From positions 6,574-70,573 of the forward strand of contig CAXHJY010001252.1 in NCBI GenBank assembly GCA_964016885.1: 64,000 nt of DNA, given 5' to 3'. The notes under the pieces are model-generated. The model ran no database searches. It was given only the letters and a program-made list of their open reading frames with translations, and was not told the origin of the DNA. Each line of letters opens with the position of its first letter. Positions within the stretch are counted from its first letter, which is position 1. Made by a program: the position numbers and the translations under genes. Below, in pieces: positions 44,441 to 60,177 of the stretch. The DNA comes from Eledone cirrhosa (lineage: Eukaryota).

Positions 44441-44442
<2 letters not shown>
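43095..44442. mobile_element. Retrozyme-like family R cluster: inverted partial copy plus two head-to-tail 522-bp monomers; hammerheads at 43360-43402 (-), 43540-43582 (+) and 44062-44104 (+)
   Basis: acggtg-CTGATGA-tagctaacaagctt-GAAAC-ta-GTA-catcgt; monomer starts ggtatgcctgaccgatttaac at ~43428 and ~43950. Confidence 0.85.
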
Positions 44443-44482
<40 letters not shown>

Positions 44483-44585
44483 TATATACATATATATACA
44501 TACATATATATATACATACATATATATATACATATATATATATACATATATATACATATATATATATACATATATATATATACAC

Positions 44586-44658
<73 letters not shown>

Positions 44659-44960
44659 CATATACATATATATATATACATATATATATATATACATATA
44701 TATATATACATATATATATACATATACATATATATATATACATATATATATATACATATATATACATACATATATATGCATATATATACATACATATATA
44801 TATAGATATACATATATTTATATATATACATATATATATATACATATATATACATACATATATATATATATATACATATACATATATTTATATATACATA
44901 TACATATATATACATATATATATATGTATATATATATATTGTTATACATACATATATATA

Positions 44961-45006
<46 letters not shown>

Positions 45007-45048
45007 CATATACATATATATATATATATATACATATATATGTATACA

Positions 45049-45100
<52 letters not shown>

Positions 45101-45114
45101 AATATATGTATATG

Positions 45115-45187
<73 letters not shown>

Positions 45188-45424
45188 GTATACATATATA
45201 TATATATACGTATACATATATATATATATATGTATATATATTCACACGTGACGTGCTGCATACATTACAAAGCCCATCTTCAATTCAGGACTATTATTAC
45301 CGTTGTTGTTGTTGTTGTTGTTGTTGTTGTCATCACACGTTTAACATGTCAACTGGAAATGCCAGCCAGCACCAGGCGGTCTAATGATGACAGAACACTT
45401 ATCGATGGTAGTGGAATCAATAGC

Positions 45425-46270
45425 CTCCACCACCATCACCACCATCACACCACCACCATCACACCAGGATAATCATACCACACACACCACCACCATCACC
45501 ACCACCACCAACACCACACACACCACCACCATCACCACCACAGACCACCACCATCACCACCACCACCATCACACCACCACCATCACCACCACCACCACCA
45601 CCACCACCACCACCACACACACCACCACCATCACACCACCGCCACCACCACCACACCACCACCAACACCAACAACACACCACCACCACCACCACCATCAC
45701 CACCACATCACCACCACCACCATCACCACCACCACCATCACACCACCAACATCACCATCACCACCAACACCACCACCACCACCACCACCATCACACCACC
45801 ATAATCACACCACCACCACCACCATCACAACCACCACCATCACCACCACCATCATCACACCACCACCATCACCACCACCATCATCACACCACCACCACCA
45901 CCACCATCACACCACCACCACCACCATCACCATCACCAACATCACCATCACCACCACACCACCACCACCACCACACCACCATCACACCACCACCACCACC
46001 ACCACCATCACACCACTACCGCCACCACAACCACCACCACACCACCATCACACCACCACCATCATCACACCACCACCACCACCATCACCACCACCAACAT
46101 CACCACCACCACATCACCACCACCACCACCACCTTCCACTACAGTTGTCATCATCACCATCATTATCATCATCACCATCGTCATCGAAACCACCACCACC
46201 ACCACCACCACCACCATCCCCACCATCACCACCACCACCACCCCACCACCACTCATCATCATCATCATCA
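45425..46270. repeat. (CAC/CAT)n low-complexity array
   Basis: Direct inspection. Confidence 0.9.
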
Positions 46271-46619
46271 TTGTGTAAATATGAAGCGGACTTTGACGCG
46301 CATCCATTTGTGTTCTATGCGACAGCTGCTTACACACGTGGTACGTCACACACACATCCACACATCCACACACACGCACATACACATACACATACACACA
46401 TACATATACACATGCATATACATATTCATATACACATACATATACATATTCATATACACACATATACATATACACATACACACACACACATACATATACA
46501 TATTCATATACACATACATACACATATTCATATACACACATATACATATACACATACACACACACACATACATATACACATACACACACACACATACATA
46601 TACATATTCATATACACAT

Positions 46620-47800
46620 ACATACACACATATACATACATATTAATATACACATACATAATAAATATATACACATACATACACATACACATACATATAT
46701 ACACCTACATAATAAATATATACACATACATATTAATATACATATACATAATAAATATATACACATACACATACATACACATATACATACATAATAATAT
46801 ACATATACATAATAAATATATACACATACACATACATGCACACATACATACATACATGTATACATACATTTATATATACACATACATAATAAATATATAC
46901 ACATACACATACATGCACACATACATACATATATACATACATATATATATACACATACATAATAAATATATACACATACACATACATGCACACATACATA
47001 CATATATACATACATATATATATACACATACATAATAAATATATACACATACACATACATGCACACATACATACATATATACATACATATATATATACAC
47101 ATACATAATAAATATATACACATACACATACATGCACACATACATACACATATACATACATATTAATATACACATACATAATAAATATATACACATACAC
47201 ATACATGCACACATACATACACATATACATACATATTAATATACACATACATAATAAATATATACACATACATATACATGCACACATACATACATATATA
47301 CATACATATATATATACACATACATAATAAATATATACACATACACATACATGCACACATACATACACATATACATACATATTAATATACACATACATAA
47401 TAAATATATACACATACACATACATGCACACATACATACACATATACATACATATTAATATACACATACATAATAAATATATACACATACATATACATGC
47501 ACACATACATACATATATACATACATATTAATATACACATACATAATAAATATATACACATACACATACATGCACACATACATACACATATACATACATA
47601 TTAATATACACATACATAATAAATATATACACATACACATACATGCACACATACATACATACATGTATACATACATTTATATATACACATACATAATAAA
47701 TATATACACATACATATTAATATACATATGCATAATAAATATATACACACACATATACATACATATTAATATACATATACGTAATAAATATATACACATA
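46620..47800. repeat. ~73-bp minisatellite built from CA/TA microsatellite
   Basis: Recurring cataataaatatatacacatacacatacatgcacacatacat. Confidence 0.9.
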
Positions 47801-47921
47801 CACATACATTCACATATGCATACATATATATATACACATACACATACACACAGACTTAATACACACCTATATACACACTGTGACGGACAGGCAGCTGCCT
47901 ATTGAAGGGGAAGCGCATATC

Positions 47922-48005
<84 letters not shown>

Positions 48006-48132
48006 TATACACACACACGATATACACACCGGCACGCATCTGCACATGAATAGCCATTTATATTAATTGATATATATTAAGTCATATACAGGAATGTATG
48101 TATGTCTCTGTGTATATATATGTATGTATGCT

Positions 48133-48185
<53 letters not shown>

Positions 48186-48198
48186 CATGCAAGGACAC

Positions 48199-48271
<73 letters not shown>

Positions 48272-48582
48272 CATGAAGACACTGCATATATAAATTTATA
48301 CACTCACATGCTTTTCGATATACATGTATATTACATTACAATAACTGACTATATATATATATATATATAGATAGATAGATAGATATAGATATATATAATG
48401 TGTATATATATATGTATATATATATAATGTGTATATATATATGTATATATATATAATGTGTATATATATATGTATATATATATATATATATAATGTATAT
48501 ATATATAATGTGTATATATATATATAATGTATATATATATGTATATATATATATGTGTATATATATATATGTATATATATAT

Positions 48583-48763
48583 AATTGTTTCTACTTTTGG
48601 CACAAGGCCAGTAATTACCCAGTGCATTACTGGTACTTTATTTTATCGACCCCGTAAGGATGAAAGGCAAAGTTAACCTCGGCGGGATTTGAACTCAGAA
48701 TGGCAAGGGCCGTAACTATGCGTCAAAGCATGGCGTCCGACTCTCTACCGATACTGCCAATCC
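48583..48763 (-). mobile_element. SINE family 1
   Basis: Homologous to 6413-6602. Confidence 0.85.
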
Positions 48764-48795
48764 CATATATATATATATATATATATGTATGTATT

Positions 48796-48830
<35 letters not shown>

Positions 48831-48869
48831 TGTATATATATGTATATATGTATATATATATGATGTATG

Positions 48870-48943
<74 letters not shown>

Positions 48944-48945
<2 letters not shown>

Positions 48946-49248
48946 GTTAACCTTGGTCTTCCTCTTCTAGTGTGTCCATGTAGGGGCTCCCAAAGGAGCA
49001 CTGAGTGCAATGTCAACTCTGGATGTCGGTGAGCATGTCCAGCCAACCTCAGTCTCCTCTGTGTCACTTTTGAGCTGACTTTTGGGATGCTCCCATACAG
49101 CTCTGAGTTTTTCATCCTCAGTGTATGTGTTGATGCCCTAAGGACAGACACTGGTCTGTTGGAGATGCAGGATATGGCAGCGATAATGAGGGACAGAGAC
49201 CGCTGGTGAGAACTCGTCCATGGATCTCAGGAATTTTACTCGCCTTAG
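48944..49248. pseudogene. RTE-clade LINE 3' end with an inverted 5' segment (48944-49122 -, 49123-49248 +)
   Basis: [25 protein letters not shown]...[18 protein letters not shown] on minus; [11 protein letters not shown]...MRDRDRW on plus; same family as 21392-21563. Confidence 0.9.
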
Positions 49249-49633
49249 ATATAGATAGATAGATATATATATAATGTATATATATGTATATATATGTATA
49301 TATGTATATATATATGATGTATATATATATATATGTATATATGTATATATACATATCACACACACAGACACCCACACATATACATAGCCACAGACATACA
49401 TAACTCAACATAGACCCTCCGACTTACACATACATTAACACAAAATATATCCACACACATACATATGCATAAACATACGCACCTACACACACACAAACAC
49501 ATCCATAAACATACACATCCATACCAACACACACACACTCATAAACATACACATCCATACCAACACACACGCACTCATAAACATACACATCCATACCAAC
49601 ACACACCCACTCATAAACATACACATCCATACC

Positions 49634-49699
<66 letters not shown>

Positions 49700-49781
49700 C
49701 ATACACATCTACCTCTATATACACACTCATAAAGATATACATCCACAGCTACGCATCCGCAGCAAAGGTATCCACATTTGA

Positions 49782-49815
<34 letters not shown>

Positions 49816-50515
49816 CCACACCTACACACAACTTACTGAACACACACACGTATATGCACTCTCACACATACACCTAGACATACCTACACACACGTACATA
49901 CTCTCTCTCACACACACATCCACACCTACACACGTACATACTCTCTCTCACACACACATCCACACCTACACACAACTTACTGAACACACACACGTATATG
50001 CACTCTCACGCATACACCTACACACACCTACACACACGTACATACTCTCTCTCACACACACATCCACACCTACACACACCTACACACGTACATACACTCT
50101 CTCACACACACATCCACACCTACACACAACTTACTGAACACACACACACGTATATGCACTCTCACACATACACCTACACACACCTACACACACGTACATA
50201 CACTCTCTCACACGCATCCACACCGACACAATCTCACACCTACACACGCGTACATACCCTCTCACACATCTACACACTCTCACACCTACACACACTCACA
50301 CACACACCTACACACACACACCTACACACACCTACAAACACTCTCTCACACACACACAGCTACACATAATTTAAATAGATGTCGTTCACTATAGTCTATC
50401 ATTGCTATGTTATGTGAGAATTGGCCGCAATATGGCGGATGGCTTCAATATGGCGGACTTTTGTAAACACGCTCGTCTCTCTGTGTTTGTGTGTGTGTGT
50501 GTGTATTTATATTTG

Positions 50516-50552
<37 letters not shown>

Positions 50553-50589
50553 ATTTATATATATATGTATATATATATATAAATATATT

Positions 50590-50680
50590 TAAGATCAAAA
50601 GATGGTTAAAGGAGTTCCATATATTTTATTATGCGCATTTCAAAAACAAACATCATCATGCAATAATATTTGTGTTTTCA
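50590..50680 (-). mobile_element. Truncated copy of the 27420-27590 ribozyme family
   Basis: aagatcaaaagatggttaaaggagttcc...atgcgcatttcaaaaacaaacatcatc; ends within the catalytic core. Confidence 0.75.
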
Positions 50681-51080
50681 CATTTGTGTATATATAAATA
50701 TATATATATATGTATGTATATTTATATTTATATATATATGTATATATATATAAATATATATATGTATGTATATTTATATTTATATATATATGTATATATA
50801 TATAAATATAAATGCGGTGCCCCAGCATGGCCTCAGCCGGATGGCTGAAACAGGTAAAAGAGTAAAAGAGTATATGTATGTATATTTATATATATAAATA
50901 TGTATATGTATATATATATAAATATATATATATGTATGTATGTATATTTATATATATAAATATGTATGTATGTATATTTATATATATAAATATGTATGTA
51001 TATATATTTATATATGTATGTATGTATGTATATATATTTATATTTATATATGTATGTATGTATGCATATATATTTCTATT

Positions 51081-51113
<33 letters not shown>

Positions 51114-51297
51114 ATATATTTATATTTATATATATATGTATGTATGTATATATATTTATATATATAAATATGTATGTATATATATTTATATATATATGTA
51201 TGTATGTATATATATTTATATTTATATATATATGTATGTATGTATATTTATTTAGATTTATATATATATATATGTATATATTTACATAAATGGATAT

Positions 51298-51382
<85 letters not shown>

Positions 51383-51384
<2 letters not shown>

Positions 51385-51454
51385 TGCAAAAAATGTATAC
51401 ACACTTCAACAACATTCTAATAAAAATGTGTATCATATTTTGGGACACCCTGTA
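51383..51454. mobile_element. Tiny Tc1/mariner-type MITE remnant
   Basis: Ends ttttgggacaccctg-TA; left end gtgcaaaaaatgtatacaca is partly complementary. Confidence 0.45.
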
Positions 51455-51526
51455 TCTCTCTCTCTCTCTCTCTCCCTCCCACTCTCTCTCTCTCTTCCTC
51501 CCACTCTCCCTATTATATATAGTTAT

Positions 51527-51606
<80 letters not shown>

Positions 51607-51811
51607 CTGTAGATGTCCCACTGTGCAGCACACCTACAATATATAACCCAAGCCCGCCTCCATCACCAGCTATCCCACTCAAATTATAAAATGTTGCACA
51701 TGGAGAACTGCACGCTATGCACAAATCATGTGCAGAAATATGCATATAATTTTATGTGCATGAATATATGATCATACAAAGTTGTATATATGTATATATA
51801 ATATATATATA

Positions 51812-51861
<50 letters not shown>

Positions 51862-51955
51862 GAATATAAATTGTATGTGTATGCACATATGTGTTTGCCT
51901 GCATACATGCTTTTGTATTAACTTAAATGTATATATGTATATATATATATATATA

Positions 51956-53593
<1,638 letters not shown>

Positions 53594-53622
53594 CACATAT
53601 ATATATATATATGTGTATATAT

Positions 53623-53731
<109 letters not shown>

Positions 53732-54079
53732 TTCGTTACTAATTGTACGTTTGTATGTGCACGTGCATGTACTTTTGTGTGTTTGTGTGTATAAGTGTGT
53801 GTAATTGTGTGTATATGTGTGCATGTGTGTGTGTATGTGTGTGTGTGTGTGGCTGTGTGTGCATGTTTGTGCTTGTGTGTGTGTGCATGTGTGTGTGTGT
53901 GTGTTGAGCTTCATCTTAAAGAAAGGTTCTTTTCACTTTATGTGGCTGCTTCGTCAATATCGAAATCAAATCGCGAGAGTTAAATAGAACCACGATATCA
54001 ACACACAGGCACACACTCAGAGACACACACACATACATACATACACACATACACATACACTGTGAGAGAGAGAGAGAGA

Positions 54080-54150
<71 letters not shown>

Positions 54151-54191
54151 AAACACACACACAGAAACACACACACAGATACACAGACACA

Positions 54192-54284
<93 letters not shown>

Positions 54285-54627
54285 AGAAATAAAAACAGTC
54301 ATATCTACGTATATTAAACACATGCCTACTCTGTACGTTTTGAGTTCAACTTTTCTATTCATCCTTCTATGGCCGACATAGTACCAGTGTAATACTGGGG
54401 TTGATCTAAGCGGTTTTCCCTTCTCCCTAAATTGTTAACCTGTTGCTTTTCTGTTTCGTACTGGTTTTATTCGAGACCTCTGGTATCTTTGTGTCCCGCA
54501 GAGACGACAGCAAGTAACATGGATTGAGCCCCATGAGGCGGGTTGGTTGATGTAGCGGGTGTCGCCGGCCATCCTTCGTGGCAATGCCTCCACCATTGTT
54601 TTGGTCGTACGGCTGAATCCACTAATT

Positions 54628-54752
54628 TGCATTGGGCTTGCAATCGAAAGGTTATGAGTTCAATTCTCAGACCGGGTGATGTGTTGTTTCCTTGAGCAAG
54701 ACACTTTATTTCACATTGCTCCAGTTTACTCAGCTGTAGAAATGAGATGATA
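54628..54752 (+). mobile_element. SINE family 2, partial
   Basis: gcattgggcttgcaatcgaaaggttatgagttcaattctc...ccttgagcaagacactttatttcac. Confidence 0.8.
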
Positions 54753-54919
54753 GGGACCGGGGTCCCTATCATTTAATCACCCGAGACACCTCCAACGAGA
54801 TAGGTGTGAACTGTAACAACAACAACAACGGCTGAATCACAGCTCAGACTGGGGCGTAGTCTCTCTCCCATCCCCCAATCTTTCTTTTTTCTTTCCCTTT
54901 AAATATTATTGTTTGTCTA

Positions 54920-55113
54920 AGGTGGTGGATTGGCAGTATCGATAGAGGGTCGGACGCCATGCTTTGACGCGTAGAGTTACGGCCCTTGCCATTCTGAGTT
55001 CAAATCCCGCCGAGGTTAACTTTGCCTTTCATCCTCACGGGGTCGATAAAATAAAGTACCAGTAATACACTGCGATAATTGCTGGCCTTGTTCCAAAAAT
55101 AGAAACAATTATT
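54920..55113 (+). mobile_element. SINE family 1 with probable target-site duplication
   Basis: attattgtttgtctaa on both sides (54905-54920 and ~55108-55123). Confidence 0.85.
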
Positions 55114-55368
55114 GTTTGTCTAATATTACAATGTTAGCAATTTAGAACAATTATGCGCCATGTTTGGTAGAATCCCCTTCCCAGATTCACACGATATTGA
55201 CTGAACCAAAGATAGGTTAAACAAAAACCTCGCCCAAGATGTCACGCAGTTAGATCGAACCCCAGACTTGATGATTGCGAAGCGACCTTCCTAACCATTC
55301 GGCTAAGCTGCGACTGCATGTACTCATATGTCCTCGCACAAACACATACAGTCCACACACACACACAT

Positions 55369-55389
<21 letters not shown>

Positions 55390-55418
<29 letters not shown>

Positions 55419-55463
55419 GAAGATATCAGCACACGCATACACATATATCTACACCCATGCATT

Positions 55464-55519
<56 letters not shown>

Positions 55520-55570
55520 CATGAAGATAAAAGCACACGCATACACATATATCTACACCCATGCATTGAT

Positions 55571-55601
<31 letters not shown>

Positions 55602-55933
55602 TGAAGATATAATCACACGCATACACATATATCTACACCCACACACACCACACACACACACACGCACACGCACACGCACGCACGCACATGCACACACACA
55701 TATATACATGAAGATATAAGCACACGCATGCACATATATCTACACCCATGCATTGACACACACACACACACACATATATATACATGAAGATATAATCACA
55801 CGCATACACATATATCTACACACACACACACGCACACGCACACGCACACGCACACACACACATGCACACACACATATATATATACATGAAGATATAAGCA
55901 CACGCATACACATATATCTACACCCATGCATTG

Positions 55934-55964
<31 letters not shown>

Positions 55965-56012
55965 CATGAAGATATCAGCACACGCATACACATATATCTA
56001 CACCCATGCATT

Positions 56013-56064
<52 letters not shown>

Positions 56065-56112
56065 CATGAAGATATAATCACACGCATACATATATATCTA
56101 CATCCATGCATT

Positions 56113-56120
<8 letters not shown>
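55390..56120. repeat. Minisatellite of catgaagatat..cacacgcatacacatatatctacacccatgcattga plus (CA)n
   Basis: About 8 units with variable CA length. Confidence 0.9.
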
Positions 56121-56185
<65 letters not shown>

Positions 56186-56734
56186 ACACACACACACACA
56201 CAGACACACACACACTAACACCCTTTCATTTCCAATGTAAATCATGTCAGAATATCCTTCTCTGAACCCTCTCTCTTTCTTACTCTCTCTACTTCTTTCT
56301 CCTTCTCTTTCTATATACCTCCTTCTCACTTTCACTCCAACCAGTATCCATTTGACCGGAAATGAGCTGGCTACATGCGATGGAATCACTTCCGTTTGCT
56401 GAACCTCATCCTAATTTGGCGACGTGATCCCATCGAAAGGTTTTGGACGATCACTTCCTCCGGGGTCGAGGAATGGTCAGCCGGTGTGGCGCCCAATATG
56501 TCTTCTCACTACAACAATGTAATATGACGTCGTCAGACGATCTTGTCGTCTGCTTCTTCCAGTTGGTTGACATTCTAGATATTCGATTAATGTTAAATCT
56601 CCATATAGCAGCCTTCTCCACCTCCACCTTCTCTCTACCTCCACCCTCTTTCTCTTTCTTTCTCTTTCTTTATACACACACACGCACGCTCTCTCTCCCT
56701 TTCTCTTACTCTCTCTGTGTCTCTATCTCTGTCT

Positions 56735-56782
<48 letters not shown>

Positions 56783-56834
56783 CTTACTCTCTCTTTCTCT
56801 CTTACTCTCTCTCTCTCTCTCTCGCTGTGTCTTA

Positions 56835-56880
<46 letters not shown>

Positions 56881-56886
56881 ATGTCT

Positions 56887-56920
<34 letters not shown>

Positions 56921-57444
56921 GTCTTACTCTCTCTCTCTCTCTCTCTCTCTGTCTTACACTCTCTCTCTGTCTTACACTCTCTCTCTTACTCTTTCTTCCC
57001 CACTCTCCCCTCTCCCACTCCCCTCTCCTTCCCCTCTCTCTCTTACTCACCCCCCCCTCCCATGTTCCGATCCTATTCCAACATTCATTCCCCCCCTTCC
57101 CCTTACATACACCTCCCCCTACAAACTTCCCCCTGTTGCTCCTACAACCTCTCTCTTACTATATCTTTCTCTTTCTACACACACACACACCACATACAAA
57201 CACACACACACCACATACACACACACAATCACATACACACACACACAATCACATACACACACACACAATCACATACAAACACACACATACACACACACAC
57301 AATCACATACATACACACACAAATCACACACACACACACAATCACATACAAACACACACACACCACATACACACACACAACAACATACAAACACACACAC
57401 ACCACATACACACAATCACATACAAACACACACACAATCACATA

Positions 57445-57500
<56 letters not shown>

Positions 57501-57879
57501 ACATAAAAACACACACAATCACATACAAGCACGCACCACATACATACACACGTGTGCACGCACCTCATTCACACATACACACACATACACACACGCACCT
57601 CATTCACACATACACAAATACACACACGCACTCACGCACACAATCACATACACACTGACATACATACACACACATATACACATACATATACACACACACA
57701 CATAACATATTTAATATGAAGATATGTAATAAATATTGTTGTGAGAGCCGGTATATAAGGTCCGGTAACTCCTGCTAGACTCGTGTGGGCGCCATGTTGA
57801 AATACAGCGTTTCTTAGTACTTCATTCTGGTGATTGCAGCCTTGAACACCGACCTTGCACAAGATGTCCATCCGACTAT

Positions 57880-58051
57880 TATTGTTTCTACTTTTGGCAC
57901 AAGGCCGGCAATTACCCAGTGTATTACTGGTACTTTATTTTATCGACCCCCCCGTAAGGATGAAAGGCAAACTTAACCTCGGCGGGATTTGAACTCAGAC
58001 CATAAAGGGCCGTAACACTTTGCTGCAAAACATAGCGATACTACCAATCCC
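57880..58051 (-). mobile_element. SINE family 1 inserted in mariner
   Basis: Flanking duplication ccgactat. Confidence 0.85.
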
Positions 58052-58404
58052 CGACTATAATGGCAGATAACTGCCTGTGTTGGTGGAAGCCGAGCCTCGC
58101 CACACGTCACGTCAACTCTGTTGGGGCATCGTCAATGGCATAGGGAAGGTGTCAAGCTAGACCAATTGATGCTCCACAATCTCACTGAAATCGTGAATGT
58201 TGCCAGTAGCTACAACTTCTCTGCTCTCCTGGTTATATTCCATAGTCACTAGTGATACAAAATGGTGTCTCTAGATTAATGTCAAACACAAAGGATCCAG
58301 AGTTGATAACCAGCGTGTGCCGCAACGGGAGGCGAACACTTGCCTCCATCCTCACAAAGCCAGATTGAGCAGCTGGTGGCATTGGAAAAGTGTTATCCAC
58401 TAGG

Positions 58405-58747
58405 AGCCGCTCCCAGGGAACACCAGCCGCCCCCATCGAACACCAGCCGCCCCCATCAAACACCAGCCACCCCCATCGAACACCAGCCGCCCCCAGGGAA
58501 CACCAGCCGCCCCCAGGGAACACCAGCCGCCCCCATCGAGCACCAGCCGCTCCCAGGGAACACCAGCCGCCCCCATCGAGCACCAGCCGCTCCCAGGGAA
58601 CACCAGCCGCTCCCAGGGAACAACAGCCGCCCCCATCAAACACCAGCCGCCCCCATCGAACACCAGCCGCTCCCAGGGAACACCAGCCGCCCCCATCGAA
58701 CACCAGCCGCTCCCATCGAACACCAGCCACCCCCAGGGAACACCAGC
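58405..58747. repeat. 20-bp minisatellite (caccagccgc-cccagggaa / -cccatcgaa), about 17 copies
   Basis: Two unit variants interspersed. Confidence 0.95.
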
Positions 58748-59090
58748 TTAATCTGACGACGTCTATTGACAACAACTTGACAAATTAGCGACGAAAATTG
58801 CAGAGGTGCGCCCTCACAATGGTCCTATTTGATCCCTTGATGATAACGATCGGCCGCTTACATCAATGACGACCCGTGAGAAACTACTGGAGCTTGGTTG
58901 GGAGGTTATGGCCCCACCCACTGTATTCGCCCAACCTCGCACCTACCGTCTATCACCCCTTTAACCCAATAAGCAATACAGTACAGTGAAAACCTTCCCC
59001 CAACGAAGGCCAGTTCAATGAATGGTTGATGGTGTGATGGGCCTTCCTAAACGATGGCAGACGGTAACCGCAAGTAGCGGCCATTATTTT

Positions 59091-59587
59091 GATTGGCAGT
59101 ATCGGTAGAGGGTCGGACGCCATGCTTTTCAGTATAGTTACGTCCCTTTACGATCTGAGTTCAAATCCCGCCGAGGTTGACTTTGCCTTTCATCCTTACG
59201 GGGTCGATAAAATAAAGTACCAGTAATGCACTGGGTAATTGCTGGCCTTGTGCCTAAAGTAGAAACAATTATTATTGAAGGACTTATTATTAAAGCATTA
59301 TTATTAAAGGACTGAGTTCAAATCCCGCCGAGGTTGACTTTGCCTTTCATCCTTACGGGGTCGATAAAATAAAGTACCAGTAATGCACTGGGTAATTGCT
59401 GGCCTTGTGCCTAAAGTAGAAACAATTATTATTGAAGGACTTATTATTAAAGCATTATTATTAAAGGACTGAGTTCAAATCCCGCCGAGGTTGACTTTGC
59501 CTTTCATCCTTACGGGGTCGATAAAATAAAGTACCAGTAATGCACTGGGTAATTGCTGGCCTTGTGCCTAAAGTAGAAACAATTATT
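59091..59587 (+). mobile_element. SINE family 1 tandem trimer (158-bp duplication unit)
   Basis: Copies at 59091, ~59311 and ~59469; flanking duplication attattttga. Confidence 0.85.
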
Positions 59588-59949
59588 TTGACTGCTAAGA
59601 TTTTCATAGTCTTAAAAAAGTCAATAAAAATTTGAAAAACGAGGAGAAATTTCTGTCAATCCTAATATATATATACAGGTATTTATGTGTGTATATATAT
59701 ATAAGGTGTATGTATGTATGTATGTATGTATGTATGTATGTATGTATGTATGTATGCATGTATGTATGTATGCATGTATGTATGTATATACGTATGTATG
59801 TGTATGTATTTATACGTATGTATGTACATGCGTATCTATGCATGTGTGTATATTCATAGAGTATGTATATATATATATATGTGTGTGTGTGTGTACATAT
59901 GCTTGTATGTGTGAATCTATGTATCTATATATATATGTATATATGCTTG

Positions 59950-60018
<69 letters not shown>

Positions 60019-60177
60019 TTGTATGTATGTATGTATGTATATATATATATATATCTATATATATGTATAAGTGATTGTATGTATGTATATATGCTTGTAT
60101 ATCTATCTATGTGTGTATGTATGTATGTATATATGTATCTCTCTCTATATATGTATATATGCTTGTATGTATGTATG

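Larger units (their letters stand above)
57715..59666 (+). pseudogene. Decayed mariner (Tc1/mariner) transposon interrupted by SINEs and a minisatellite
   Basis: HSGDCSLEHRP; IVTSDTKWCL*INVKHK; LHPHKARLSSWWHWKSVIH*EPLPGNT; DDNDRP; LGWEV; LYSPNLAPTVYH; RWQTVTASSGHYFD; right TIR-like tttctgtcaatcctaa-TA. Confidence 0.85.

Noticed and set aside
54920-55012. tRNA genes
   Set aside because: A/B boxes belong to SINE heads; no complete cloverleaf seen
56345-56476. Exon with in-frame TGA (possible selenocysteine)
   Set aside because: No resemblance to a selenoprotein I recognise, all three frames contain stops, and no SECIS was identified
57745-57800. TATA box (gtatataagg) plus ATG as a host gene start
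   Set aside because: Lies within the decayed mariner transposase region and the ORF stops after 7 codons
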